This document shows, piece after piece, positions 27,154-39,167 of a stretch of DNA of 53,177 bases; within the stretch, counting starts at the first letter, position 1, and each line of letters opens with the position of its first letter. The DNA is from Phycisphaerales bacterium (GTDB taxonomy: Bacteria > Planctomycetota > Phycisphaerae > Sedimentisphaerales > UBA12454). The stretch spans positions 1-53,177 of the forward strand of contig JBDKUM010000235.1 in NCBI GenBank assembly GCA_039679715.1, written 5' to 3'. The notes below the pieces were generated by a model, which saw nothing but the letters and a program-made list of their open reading frames with translations, did no database searches and had not been told where the DNA came from. Position numbers and translations under genes: made by a program.

Positions 27154-28065
27154 ATGAATTTAATAGAGAAAATTAATAAACTGCGAAAAGAAAGAAACGC
27201 AATAATACTTGCGCATAATTATCAAAGTGGTGAAATTCAGGATATAGCCGATTTTACAGGCGATTCGCTGGAATTGAGCAGGAAGGCGGCTGAAACAAAA
27301 GCTGATGTGATTGTTTTCTGCGGGGTTTTATTTATGGCGGAAACGGCATCTATTTTATCTCCTGATAAAACTGTTTTACTGCCTGATAAAACCGCCGGTT
27401 GTCCAATGGCGGATATGATTACGGCCGGGCAGCTTGCGGAGCTGAAGGGCAAATACCCTGACGCGGTTGTTGTTTGTTATGTAAATAGTTCGGCAGAGGT
27501 AAAAGCTATAAGCGATTATTGCTGCACAAGCTCGAATGCGGCGGAAGTTGTAAAGTCGATCGAAGCGGATAAAAAAATAATTTTTGTGCCTGATAAAAAT
27601 CTGGGACAGGTTGTTAAGGAAAGAACGGGCAGAGATTTGGTGCTTTGGCCGGGATATTGCCCGACACATCATTTTGCTTCAGCAAAAACAGTAACGGAAA
27701 CCAGAAATGCGCATCCGGAAGCGATGATTTTAGCACATCCGGAATGCCCGAAGGAAGTAAGGGATATAGCTGATATTCTTCTTAGTACTGGTCAAATGTT
27801 GAAATATGTTAAAACAAGCGATAAAAAAGAATTCATAATTGCTACGGAGATTGGAATTATTCATACGCTGAAAAAACAAAATCCAGAAAAGATATTTTAT
27901 CCGGCGAGCGAGCGTTTTGTTTGTCCGAATATGAAAAAGGTCACACTGGAAAAAGTTTTATTTTCGCTTGAAGATAACAAGTATGTTATTAAGGTGCCGG
28001 ATGAAATCACATCTAAGGCAAGAAGGGCATTAGAGCGAATGGTAGCGGTATTACCAAGAACGTAG
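27154..28065 (+). CDS. nadA: Quinolinate synthase
   Basis: LAHNYQ, GDSLELS, CGVLFMAE, YVNS, AHPEC and CPNMK motifs. Confidence 0.96.
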   Translation: MNLIEKINKLRKERNAIILAHNYQSGEIQDIADFTGDSLELSRKAAETKADVIVFCGVLFMAETASILSPDKTVLLPDKTAGCPMADMITAGQLAELKGKYPDAVVVCYVNSSAEVKAISDYCCTSSNAAEVVKSIEADKKIIFVPDKNLGQVVKERTGRDLVLWPGYCPTHHFASAKTVTETRNAHPEAMILAHPECPKEVRDIADILLSTGQMLKYVKTSDKKEFIIATEIGIIHTLKKQNPEKIFYPASERFVCPNMKKVTLEKVLFSLEDNKYVIKVPDEITSKARRALERMVAVLPRT

Positions 28066-28115
28066 CCACAAAGGCACAAAGACACTAAATAAATTAGATA
28101 TTGTAAAAGGTTTAG

Positions 28116-29402
<1,287 letters not shown>

Positions 29403-29427
29403 GCAATGTTAATGAAGGCTTTCACTT

Positions 29428-29500
29428 AAATGGGTACAGGCACATATAAATTATTTATCACCTATTGGCGACAAATAATTTAATGAGCCAGTCCCCATTT
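29428..29500. repeat. REP-like palindromic element family B (GGGTACAGGCAC...GAGCCAGTCCCC)
   Basis: Copies at 38120-38184, 41752-41864 and 49244-49307. Confidence 0.85.
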
Positions 29501-29542
29501 CAAAAACTTAAAACTAAAAACTCAAAACTAAGGACTAAAACT

Positions 29543-30385
29543 ATGTGGGATTATAATAAAAAAGTTATGGATTATTTTTTGAATCCTAAAAACGCGGGTG
29601 AAATTGAAAATCCAGACGGCGTGGGCGAAGAAGGTTCGCTTGCATGCGGCGATGCGTTGAAGCTGACTTTCAAACTGGACAAAGAAGGCAAAATCGCAGA
29701 TGCGAAATTCAAAACATTCGGCTGCGCAAGCGCGATTGCTTCGGCATCGATAATGACAGAAATGATAATCGGTCTGACGCTGGATGAGGCTTCGAAAATA
29801 ACCAATAAAGATATTGTTGATAAACTCGGGGGTCTGCCGGAACAGAAAATGCACTGTTCGGTTATGGGTATGGAAGCATTGCAGGCAGCGATTGCGAATT
29901 ATCATGGTAAAGGCAAACAAGTGAAAAAGCAGGAAGGCAAAATTGTTTGTACCTGCTTTGGCGTTACCGATAAGGAAATTGAAAAAGTTGTGCTGGAAAA
30001 TAACCTTGATTCAGTAGAGCAGGTTACGAATTACTGCAAGGCCGGCGGCGGATGCGGTTCATGCAGAGGCGAAATCCAGATGATAATCGATAGAGTCCGC
30101 GGCAAGGAAGGCAAAGGTACAATTCCGGCCGAAAAGCCAAAGAAATTAACGAATATTCAGAAGATTGGGCTTGTTCAAAAAACAATAAGTGAACAAATTC
30201 GGCCATTGCTTAAAGCTCACGGCGGTGATATCGATTTGATCGATGTCGACGGAAATAGAGTATTGGTCGCTTTTCGCGGAATGTGTTCGCAATGCCCGAC
30301 GGCGGAATTTACAATGAAGGACGTTGTTGAAGCCAGACTGCATGAGTTTGTCAGTGAAGATTTGATTGTTGAAGAACAAATGTGA
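29543..30385 (+). CDS. nifU: Three-domain Fe-S scaffold NifU
   Basis: IscU domain (CGD, FGC, KMHC), BFD-like domain (CTCF..CGSC), Nfu domain (GMCSQC); start MWDY at 29543. Confidence 0.95.
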   Translation: MWDYNKKVMDYFLNPKNAGEIENPDGVGEEGSLACGDALKLTFKLDKEGKIADAKFKTFGCASAIASASIMTEMIIGLTLDEASKITNKDIVDKLGGLPEQKMHCSVMGMEALQAAIANYHGKGKQVKKQEGKIVCTCFGVTDKEIEKVVLENNLDSVEQVTNYCKAGGGCGSCRGEIQMIIDRVRGKEGKGTIPAEKPKKLTNIQKIGLVQKTISEQIRPLLKAHGGDIDLIDVDGNRVLVAFRGMCSQCPTAEFTMKDVVEARLHEFVSEDLIVEEQM

Positions 30386-30438
30386 GACACGGATTTACGC
30401 TGTATTTTTTAGACACGGATTAACACGGATTTACACTG
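30386..30438 (+). repeat. 9-bp-period tandem repeat element
   Basis: gacacggatttac...gacacggattaacacggatttacactg. Confidence 0.8.
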
Positions 30439-30462
30439 TTAGTTTTTTTATTGGAGTAACGA

Positions 30463-31623
30463 ATGTCCAAAGTTATATATTTTGATAACAACGCGACAAC
30501 GAGGGTGGCACCGGAAGTATTCGAAGAGATGAGACCTTTTTTGACTGACCTTTACGGCAATCCTTCGAGCATGCATACTTTCGGCGGACAGGTTGAAAAA
30601 TATATCAGGCAAAGCAGGGAAATGGTTGCTAATCTTCTCGGGTGCGACAGCTCGGAAATTATCTTCACAAGCTGCGGAACTGAAAGTGATAATGCGGCTA
30701 TAAAGGGAATATTGGCCAGTTATCCAGAAAAAAGAAAAATTATAACTACACGTGTCGAGCATCCGGCTGTTCTTGGGGTTTGCAGAGAATTGCAGGGGAT
30801 GGGATATAAAGTAGTCGAATTGGGAGTAAACAAGGAAGGGCAATTAGACCTTAACGAACTTGAATCACAAGTAGATGAAGAAACCGCGATTGTTACGGTA
30901 ATGTATGCTAATAACGAGACGGGCGTGATTTTTCCAATAGATAAAATCGCTGAAATTGTAAAATCCAAAGGAAGCGTTTTTCATACAGACGCTGTTCAGG
31001 CAGTTGGAAAAATTCCGTTAAATCTCAATAAGAGCCATATCGACCTGCTTAGTTTGAGCGGGCATAAACTGCATGCACCTAAAGGTGTGGGAGTTTTATA
31101 TGTTCGTAAGGGCACGAGAATTACACCATTTCTTATAGGCGGTCATCAGGAAAAAAGCAGAAGAGCCGGTACGGAAAATGTCGCCGGGATTGTCGGATTA
31201 GGTAAAGCCGCTGAACTGGCGCAGAAATTCATAGGGGAAGAGAATACGACAGTTAAGAAATTACGAGATAAACTTGAGAATGCAATTTTAAAGACATGCA
31301 AAGACGCGAAATTAAATGGCGATAAAATCAACAGACTGCCGAACACGACGAACATCAGCTTTGAATTTATCGAAGGTGAAGCGATTTTGCTGCTGCTTGA
31401 CCAATTTGGAATTTGTGCGAGCAGCGGAAGCGCATGTACGTCCGGTGCGCTTGAGCCAAGTCATGTTATGCGTGCTATGGGCGTTCCTTTTACAGCGGCT
31501 CACGGGTCTACCCGCTTTAGTCTAAGCAGGTATAATACCGAAGAGGAAGTCGATTTCCTGATTGAAAAAATGCCGATTATTGTAAATCGTTTGAGAGAGC
31601 TAAGTCCGTTTGTTCCTAAATAA
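30463..31623 (+). CDS. nifS: Cysteine desulfurase NifS
   Basis: YFDNNATT, HTDAVQ, SGHK and SSGSACTS motifs. Confidence 0.95.
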   Translation: MSKVIYFDNNATTRVAPEVFEEMRPFLTDLYGNPSSMHTFGGQVEKYIRQSREMVANLLGCDSSEIIFTSCGTESDNAAIKGILASYPEKRKIITTRVEHPAVLGVCRELQGMGYKVVELGVNKEGQLDLNELESQVDEETAIVTVMYANNETGVIFPIDKIAEIVKSKGSVFHTDAVQAVGKIPLNLNKSHIDLLSLSGHKLHAPKGVGVLYVRKGTRITPFLIGGHQEKSRRAGTENVAGIVGLGKAAELAQKFIGEENTTVKKLRDKLENAILKTCKDAKLNGDKINRLPNTTNISFEFIEGEAILLLLDQFGICASSGSACTSGALEPSHVMRAMGVPFTAAHGSTRFSLSRYNTEEEVDFLIEKMPIIVNRLRELSPFVPK

Positions 31624-31883
31624 ACTGGCGCGGCATAGCCGCAACTAAAAGGGAACCACGAATCTACGCTTCGCTCCGACGCGAATAAACACAATTAATT
31701 ATTGGTAATTGGTATTGGTAAGGGTAACGTTGCGGTGTTGGTATTGTATTTGGTGTTTTGTTACGGCTGAACAAAAACCGAATAACAAAAACGAGACCTT
31801 AACGATACCCAAACCTATAACAGGTTGAATATAAACGTGCAGAAAAAAACAAGAAGTTTTTGGATAGTAGTATAGAGGGAAAA

Positions 31884-33239
31884 ATGAAATATGTTCTGCA
31901 ATTCATGATTGCGGCAATATTGCCGGCAAATTTTTGTTTTGCTGCGCAATCCAATGAGGAGATAATTAACCATAAGCTAAGTAATGGCTTGCAAGTCCTT
32001 ATCTTTGAAAAACATTCAATGCCTGTGGTTTCTGTGCAGGTCTGGTATCATGTGGGGAGCGTTGACGAACCTAACGGTTTGAAAGGTATCGCGCATTTAT
32101 TCGAGCATATGATGTTTAGGGGTTCAAGAAATTACGGACCTGAAGAACATTTCAAATTAATTAAGGCGGCAGGAGGCGAATGCAACGCATATACAAGCGA
32201 TGAAACAACCGTTTATTATGAAAGACTGCCAGCCGATAAGCTTGACCTGGCTTTAAATCTTGAGGCAGACAGAATGGGGTGGCTGAAACTTGATCAGCAG
32301 GTGCTCGATACTGAACGGCAGGTTGTGATGGAAGAATATCGAATGCGAATCGATAACGACCCGATTGGCTCGATTACACAGGATATCCGCGGATTTTTAT
32401 TTCCCAACAGCCCTTTTGAATACGGGCCGATTGGAAAAATGGCGGATATAAGGAATTTTACAGTTACAGAGTGCCAGGATTTTTACAATAAATATTATGC
32501 TCCGAATAATGCAACCTTGGTTATTACGGGCAGTGTTGATGCGGACAAAACAATTAAAATGGTTGAGGAAAAATTTGGGGATTTAAAGCCAAGTGAATTA
32601 ATACCCAAAGCGAAATTTGAAGTTGCACACAATATAGTAAAAAAAATAAACAAGGGGCGAACCGATTTTCCTATACCAGTTACAATTTTATCATTTTATA
32701 CCGATGGTGCGCGTGATAAAGACAGGGCGGCTCTTAGTGTATTATTGAACAGCCTGGCAGAAGGGCGTAGCTCAAGACTCTGGAAGTCTTTGGTTATTGA
32801 TAAAAAAATCGCTGAATATTTTCTTGGGGCAAATATTGAAGCTTCGGAAAATGGTGTAGTATTCCTTGCGGCGGCTCATTTGCCGGGGCTTTCGAAAAAA
32901 GTTGAAAGGGATATTTGGAAGCATGTGGAGCAAATCAAAACAAAAGGTCTCAATGAAGATGAATTTACAAAATCGCGCAATCAGGTAAAAGCGGCGAATT
33001 TGTTTGAGAAATATTATGTTAACGCGCTTGCAAGCGATATTGGCTATTGTGAAGTTGTACGCGGGGATTATGAGCTTTTTTATAAGCAAGACCAGGAGAT
33101 TGAAAACGTAACGCAGGAGGATGTGATTCGTGCGGCCAACAGGTATTTAACAAAAGAAAATGTGAAAAAGCTTTATTTCGAGCCGCGTGAGGGAATATTC
33201 CTTGCGGGAGTAGCGGGATTTTTAAAATCCATTTTTTAA
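31884..33239 (+). CDS. M16 family zinc peptidase, catalytic subunit, secreted
   Basis: HLFEH (HxxEH), NAYTS and YYAPNNA motifs; signal peptide. Confidence 0.9.
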   Translation: MKYVLQFMIAAILPANFCFAAQSNEEIINHKLSNGLQVLIFEKHSMPVVSVQVWYHVGSVDEPNGLKGIAHLFEHMMFRGSRNYGPEEHFKLIKAAGGECNAYTSDETTVYYERLPADKLDLALNLEADRMGWLKLDQQVLDTERQVVMEEYRMRIDNDPIGSITQDIRGFLFPNSPFEYGPIGKMADIRNFTVTECQDFYNKYYAPNNATLVITGSVDADKTIKMVEEKFGDLKPSELIPKAKFEVAHNIVKKINKGRTDFPIPVTILSFYTDGARDKDRAALSVLLNSLAEGRSSRLWKSLVIDKKIAEYFLGANIEASENGVVFLAAAHLPGLSKKVERDIWKHVEQIKTKGLNEDEFTKSRNQVKAANLFEKYYVNALASDIGYCEVVRGDYELFYKQDQEIENVTQEDVIRAANRYLTKENVKKLYFEPREGIFLAGVAGFLKSIF

Positions 33240-33251
33240 AACAGGTGAGTT

Positions 33252-34745
33252 GTGAAAAAAATAATAAGGGAGCCTTTAAAAATTCGAAAAATTGAGATTG
33301 CTTTGTCATTTCTGCACGGCCAAGGCCGTTTGAAACTCCGCGCAATGACATTTTTAGAGGTAGCTATATATTTTATTGCTGTTGTAATGATGTTTGCAGG
33401 AGGGGCGGGGGCAGAAGTTAATGAAAAACTTGATTATCCGCCTATGAAAGATGTTTATCTTGCCAACGGCTTACGTGTGATTTTGATAGAACATCATGAA
33501 CAAAGTACTATATCGTATAGAATGCTTGTAAAAGCTGCCAAAGCGGATGAACCCAGGGGCAAAGAGGGAATTGCTAATTATACATCACGATTTTTGCAGG
33601 AAGGTGCAGATTCAAAAAATTCTGACGAAATAGCCGCTGAAATTGCGAGCATGGGCAGTCAATTTAATATTACACATAATCCAAGTTATCTTATTTTTGG
33701 AATGGATTTGCTCAAAGCGTATTCTCAAAAAGGACTTGATTTGTTCTCGGATATAATTTTAAATCCATCTTTTCCGGCTGATGGAATGAAACGTGTTAAA
33801 AAGGAAATGCTCAATGCGGTAGATTTGGAGCAAACAGAGAATGAAACAATTGCTTTCAATTACGGCAGGGCATTGTTGTTCGGATGCATTGACCCGCTTG
33901 GCAGAACAAAATCCAAAAAAAGTATAAGGTCTATTTCTATTAAGGATATACGCAAGTTCTATAATAGCCATTATTATCCTGTTAATTCGATACTTCTTGT
34001 TATCGGAGATTTTTCTAATGATGAAATGCTTAGTGAGATAAAACAAAAGTTCGAGGGCTGGACGCAAAAAGCAAGTGCTCAATGGGTGAAAACAAAAGCC
34101 GATTACGCCAGGCAGGGACGAGGCATTGTGGTAAACAAGCCAAGAATGACACAGGCATTTATTTATATGAACCAATGGGGCCCTGCAAGTCATGATGAAG
34201 GGTACTATGAATATCTTATCGCAAATTATATTTTAGGGGGCGGCGATTTTTCGTCGCGGCTGCTGAACGCTGTTCGCGCAAAAGGGGGCATGACTTATCA
34301 TATAGGCAGTAAAACATATATCGGCAGCGATTATGGTGTATTGCATATAACTACTTCGACAAGAAATGACGAGCTTTATAACGCTTACAAGATGATTAAT
34401 GCAGAAATTGAACGACTTAATAACGAAGGAATAACCGAAGAAGAATTACGCAAGGCCAAAGATTATGTTTCGGGGGCGATACCGCTGCAAATGGAAGCGC
34501 CTTCACAAATCGCAAATAAAATCCTAAATGGTATTATGCAGGGCTTTACAGTTAATGATTTGCGGAATGAAGTTCTTAACTTTAATAAGGTAACCGTCTC
34601 GGGGGTTAATAATATTATCAGGAAATATATAAAAATCAGAAATTTAAATGTTGTTATTGTTTGCGATTCGAAAAAAGTCAAACAGCAATTAAAACAAATA
34701 GGCGATTACGATATTGTCAGCTATAAGGCAGTACCGTGTAAGTAA
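33252..34745 (+). CDS. M16 family peptidase, non-catalytic partner, with a repeat inserted in frame near the N-terminus
   Basis: LANGL, ILGGGDFSSRL..VRAKGGMTY; no HxxEH; RBS AGGTGAG before GTG. Confidence 0.85.
   Translation: MKKIIREPLKIRKIEIALSFLHGQGRLKLRAMTFLEVAIYFIAVVMMFAGGAGAEVNEKLDYPPMKDVYLANGLRVILIEHHEQSTISYRMLVKAAKADEPRGKEGIANYTSRFLQEGADSKNSDEIAAEIASMGSQFNITHNPSYLIFGMDLLKAYSQKGLDLFSDIILNPSFPADGMKRVKKEMLNAVDLEQTENETIAFNYGRALLFGCIDPLGRTKSKKSIRSISIKDIRKFYNSHYYPVNSILLVIGDFSNDEMLSEIKQKFEGWTQKASAQWVKTKADYARQGRGIVVNKPRMTQAFIYMNQWGPASHDEGYYEYLIANYILGGGDFSSRLLNAVRAKGGMTYHIGSKTYIGSDYGVLHITTSTRNDELYNAYKMINAEIERLNNEGITEEELRKAKDYVSGAIPLQMEAPSQIANKILNGIMQGFTVNDLRNEVLNFNKVTVSGVNNIIRKYIKIRNLNVVIVCDSKKVKQQLKQIGDYDIVSYKAVPCK
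33267..33366. mobile_element. Family C MITE-like element inside a CDS
   Basis: gagattgc...cgcaatgacatttttagagg core flanked by TA dinucleotides. Confidence 0.75.
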
Positions 34746-34752
34746 AAATCTT

Positions 34753-35695
34753 TTAGAATATTTTTTTGTACATGTGGCAATAAGGCGTTTTGCCGGTTTT
34801 TGTGTAATAATCCTGATGATATTGTTCAGCAGGCCAGAATGTTTTGGCAGGTGAAATTTCAGTTTTTACGCTATATCCTTTTTCTTTTAAAATTTTCACA
34901 AGTTTTTCAGCGGTCTTTTTTTGCGATTTATCCAAAAAGAAAATTGCGCTGCGATACTGTTTTCCTATATCGGGTCCCTGACGGTCGAATTGCGTGAAAT
35001 CATGTATTTCAAAAAATAATTTCGCCAAGGTTTCATAATTGGTTTTATTCGGGTCAAAGACGATTTCGACAGCCTCGGCATGTCCGGTATTTCCGCTGCA
35101 AACCTGTTCATACGTTGGTTTTTCTGTTTTGCCGCCTGTGTAGCCCGATGTTACGGAGATAATGCCGGGGGTGTTTTTGAAAAGATGTTCGACACCCCAG
35201 AAACAGCCGCCCGCGAAGATGGCTCGTTGGCCGTTTGGAATAAAATCCATTGAAATTGAATTAACACAATATCTTACGTTTTTTTTGGTGTAACCTTCTC
35301 CTTTGAAAACATGGCCGAGGTGAGCGCCGCAATTTGCACATAAATTTTCAGTCCTGAAACCATCAGCATCTCGCTGGGAGATTACTGCGGCCGGGAATTT
35401 GCTCATCAAAACTGGGCCAGCCACATTCGGATTTGAATTTAGAGTATGATTCGAAAAGAGGAAATTCGCAGCGTTTGCAGATATAAAGCCCTGTTTCGTT
35501 GAAATCATTGTATTTACCTGTAAACGGCCTTTCTGTGCCTTTGTGGACGATTACATTCTCTTCTTCTGGAGTTAGTTTCTTATACATGCTATTATCCTCT
35601 ATAACTTTAGCATTACCTTTTGAATTAGCAAATTTAATGAGAAAAATTGTTATTAATAAAAGAACACAAACAAATAGAAAATGAGAATACTTCAT
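34753..35695 (-). pseudogene. msrAB: Bifunctional methionine sulfoxide reductase MsrB-MsrA with a 1-nt frameshift near 35390 (or a sequencing error)
   Basis: GTERPF..CGWPSF in one frame; [22 protein letters not shown] and FAGGCFWG in another. Confidence 0.85.
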
Positions 35696-35741
35696 TTTTT
35701 ATCCCTTAATACAGTACTTATATTTATACCATTTAGGGTTT

Positions 35742-37838
35742 CTATTTGTTTTTAGTTTTGTCCGCAAATTCTTTATGCTGAAGCTTTTTTAGATTTGGCT
35801 TTTTGGAAGCGATTTTGAGCGATTCCCTATAAAGCTTATTGAGATTGCCGAGGTCTATATTTGATCCTTGTCGAATAAAGATTGGTATTTTATATTCTGG
35901 AGCATCGACGGTTATATTTTGGCCGCCTTCGTAGGTTTTCTTTTTGTCCCATGCGTCAATCCATTTTTCACCTGCGGGAAGATATAACGTATGTTCGGTT
36001 TTATCTTTTTCCCAAATCGCAGAAACCAGAATGTCTGGGCCGTACATGTATGTTTGCCAATCCTTCCATGCCTGTTCTTGCTGGGGGTACATTAAAAATA
36101 ATGGTCTGGCGATAGGCATACCGGTTGAATGCGCATCGATTGCGAGATTATACGAATAATCTATGAGCGATGTATGAATTTTTGAATATAGCCGCCAGAT
36201 TGCGATTAGCTGCTTGTCGTAATGCGGCGGTTGGATCAAATCCCAGAAGCCTTTATTTTCTGTCGGGCCTACTTCCATAATTGGGCAAAAACAACTGAAA
36301 GCGAGCCAGCGGGCGGTGATTTCGTGGTCAGTAATATTTGTATATCCGCCGGTGTCTGAACCCCAGATTGGGAAACCGATAATCGCAGACCTTTGCAGAG
36401 CGATTATTGCGGAACGAAGAGCCTGGGGTACTGTTTTGCCGTTTTGAGTTCCGGCGCCAGTATCTCCGCCCCAGAACACGGCATATCTGCTGCTGTTTGT
36501 GTAACCAGCACGAGGCATTGTTATGAAATCATCGCCATGAATTAATTTTGAAATGTCGTGAGCGGCTTTGGCATACATTACGGGATAATCGTTATGATAT
36601 TGCCTGGCGAGTCTGCCATCAAATGCTTTGTTGTTGTAATCATTGGGGACGATTTCCTCTGCGCGATCCATTTTGAAACCTTTAACACCTTGTGTCAAAA
36701 TCTTTTCTAGGCCTTTCTGCTGCCACCATTGCACGGCGGCAGGATTCGTAAAATCAATTAGGGATTTATCAAGCTTGTCTTTAGGTGTAAGCTGACCTTG
36801 AAGATTATAGCCTTTGGCAATAGCTTCATTATGCATGTCGCCCATGACCCAGGGAGCTATCCAGAGCATAAATTTTATATCTTTGCTGTCGAGCCATTCG
36901 ATCATTTTGGCTGCGTTCGGGAATCTGTTTGGATCCCACTGGAAATCATCATAACCATTGGGGCCTTTTGCCCATGGTCTATCAACGAGGTAAACGCTAA
37001 GTGGAATATCGAATGCTTTCATCATTAGTATATCTTCTACAACTTCGCTGTTGTAAGGCGCGGTTACTGGCGTGTTATCATAAAAATTTTGCCTGTGTGT
37101 GTGATCGTCTCGCCATCGGTAAGTACCAAATGCCCATCTTGGCGGGATTATAGTTGGGCCTACACGAAGAGAATGTGTTTTGACAAGCTGGGCGGGATTT
37201 GCGGAATCGATAATAACAGAAGTGAAGGGGCCTTCGAAGCTGATTTGAACTTGTCTGGGATTTGAACGGCAGAAATCAAATGTGCCGGGCCAAGTGCCTT
37301 CTACGAAAAGGCTGTAGTTTTTCGATGAAATATAAAAAGGGCAGTAGAGCGAGACAGTAGGTTTTACAACTGTTGTAATAATCTGGCCGCGAAGATCCAT
37401 TGCCTCTTTGATGCCTTGCTGCCAGGAGAGAGTTTGGGGGCCATCGACGACTCTTTCCATAATGCCTGTGAAAAATTCGTCTTTTTGGGCTTCAATCGAA
37501 AACCCCCATTTTGTTATAGTGTCAATTCCTGTGGTTTGCAGCTCTATTCTATATGAGTCTGATTCTTTGTTGAAAATGAGTTTTATCTGCTTATCGTTTT
37601 CTAAAGACCATTCGAATGAATAAACATTTTCAGATGAAAATGTTGTGGCGGGGTTGTCTTTCAGGATATATTTTTGGGTTGCGGTTTCAAAATAAAATGG
37701 GGAAGCGGGGTTTGATATCTTTAAAACTTTTTTATCAGGCATGCTTATGGAAAAAGTGGAATTTGAATAATCAACGGAAGCAAAAATTAATGATGATAAG
37801 AATATGGTTATGAAAAAACAAAATGCAATGCGTTTCAT
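35742..37838 (-). CDS. GH31 glycoside hydrolase, secreted
   Basis: WDPNRFP, GFKMD, WGGD, WGSDTGGY and YMYGPDILV motifs. Confidence 0.9.
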   Translation of the reverse strand: MKRIAFCFFITIFLSSLIFASVDYSNSTFSISMPDKKVLKISNPASPFYFETATQKYILKDNPATTFSSENVYSFEWSLENDKQIKLIFNKESDSYRIELQTTGIDTITKWGFSIEAQKDEFFTGIMERVVDGPQTLSWQQGIKEAMDLRGQIITTVVKPTVSLYCPFYISSKNYSLFVEGTWPGTFDFCRSNPRQVQISFEGPFTSVIIDSANPAQLVKTHSLRVGPTIIPPRWAFGTYRWRDDHTHRQNFYDNTPVTAPYNSEVVEDILMMKAFDIPLSVYLVDRPWAKGPNGYDDFQWDPNRFPNAAKMIEWLDSKDIKFMLWIAPWVMGDMHNEAIAKGYNLQGQLTPKDKLDKSLIDFTNPAAVQWWQQKGLEKILTQGVKGFKMDRAEEIVPNDYNNKAFDGRLARQYHNDYPVMYAKAAHDISKLIHGDDFITMPRAGYTNSSRYAVFWGGDTGAGTQNGKTVPQALRSAIIALQRSAIIGFPIWGSDTGGYTNITDHEITARWLAFSCFCPIMEVGPTENKGFWDLIQPPHYDKQLIAIWRLYSKIHTSLIDYSYNLAIDAHSTGMPIARPLFLMYPQQEQAWKDWQTYMYGPDILVSAIWEKDKTEHTLYLPAGEKWIDAWDKKKTYEGGQNITVDAPEYKIPIFIRQGSNIDLGNLNKLYRESLKIASKKPNLKKLQHKEFADKTKNK

Positions 37839-38119
37839 TTTCTACGTTCCCATGCGAAAAAATTATGTTAAATTATGCTGCAAAACGGTTACTTATTGTC
37901 GCTTCGATGTCAAATTATGTCGCAACTGTGTTATTTCTTGTCTAAAACACTTTAAAAAACAGCTCTAAATAAAAAAACAGACACAAAAAGCAATCATTTT
38001 ACTTTGATTTTTCAGATTTAAGCTCAAAAGATTCACAAAGATACTTAAAAGATTTTAAAAAATACGAAAAAAACAAACGCTTGTCAGAATTAGAAAGTCG
38101 ACGAAGAATGTTTGGTTAA

Positions 38120-38184
38120 GGGTACAGGCACATATAAATTATTAGTCCACTTTGTGCACGAATAATTTAATGTGCCAGTCCCCA
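38120..38184. repeat. Family B REP-like element
   Basis: gggtacaggcacatataaattatt...aataatttaatgtgccagtcccca. Confidence 0.85.
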
Positions 38185-38328
38185 TATTATACCATGTTTT
38201 CAGTCTGGAATCTAATGGAATCAAATTGAACTCATTAGTTTTTTATAAATATTTTTTTAATTCTTGCGCGTAATTTTAAATTCGGACCTATCAGACATGT
38301 TGGACTGGTCGGACATGGGTCAGTGCCT

Positions 38329-38982
38329 TTACCAGTTGATAGCGTTATGGGGCACATTTGCCAAATCAGGGGCAAAGAAATCAGCACCGGTTAATTGCGC
38401 AGGGGTAAAGCTGGAGGTAATCGCGAGGCATTTGCAGCCTGCGGCTTTGCCGGCTTTAATGCCATTTGGCGCATCTTCTATAACAAGGCAGTCTTTCGGA
38501 TCCAGGTTGATTTTTTTTGCGGCAAGCAGAAATATTTCAGGGTCGGGCTTTTTATGCATCACGTCATTGCCGGCGATAACGGCATCGAAAGTTTCAGCGG
38601 GGATTTGCAGCTCCGCGAGATTGCCTTTGACTTTTACCCAGTCTGCACTTGAGGCGACGGCAAGTTTCTTTTTCATCTTTCTGCATTTTGCGATAAAATC
38701 ATTTGTGCCATTGAGAGGTTTTAAAACGCCTTTGATAATATCAAGGTAAATGTCATAAGTGCGTTTCTTATCCTTTTCTAAATCGAAGGGGAAATTATAC
38801 AGCTCGGCGACGCCGCCAAGGAATCGCGCTTCGCCAGCGCCGGTGAAGGGATGGAAATCCTGCGGTTTGACTTTCAAACCTTTTTCAGCGAACATCTGCA
38901 TGGCGGCTTTTATAATGAATGGTTCGGAATCTAACAAGACTCCATCCATATCGAAGATTATTCCATAAGGTAATTGAGGCAT
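38329..38982 (-). CDS. HAD-family phosphatase (subfamily IA)
   Basis: FDMDGVL, ASS, KKPDPEIF and IEDA motifs. Confidence 0.92.
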   Translation of the reverse strand: MPQLPYGIIFDMDGVLLDSEPFIIKAAMQMFAEKGLKVKPQDFHPFTGAGEARFLGGVAELYNFPFDLEKDKKRTYDIYLDIIKGVLKPLNGTNDFIAKCRKMKKKLAVASSADWVKVKGNLAELQIPAETFDAVIAGNDVMHKKPDPEIFLLAAKKINLDPKDCLVIEDAPNGIKAGKAAGCKCLAITSSFTPAQLTGADFFAPDLANVPHNAINW

Positions 38983-39037
38983 ATATTTCCTAATAAAAAA
39001 ATGAATTTAAGATTTTACGATAAAAAAAATAAAATCA

Positions 39038-39125
39038 AGGGAGCTTAATAATTCCAAAATTTGAGATTGCTTCGCTACGTCCATAAAGGGACTGCGCTCG
39101 CAATGACATTTTTAGAGCAAGACCC
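39038..39125. repeat. Family C MITE/REP-like element
   Basis: gagattgcttcg...ctcgcaatgacatttttagag. Confidence 0.8.
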
Positions 39126-39167
39126 AAAACAAAAAGGGTCGCTTACGCTCGCGGCTCTGAAGGCACT

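Noticed and set aside
29543-31623. Nitrogen fixation cluster
   Set aside because: No nifHDK or nifENB in the window; the context is cysteine and Fe-S housekeeping.
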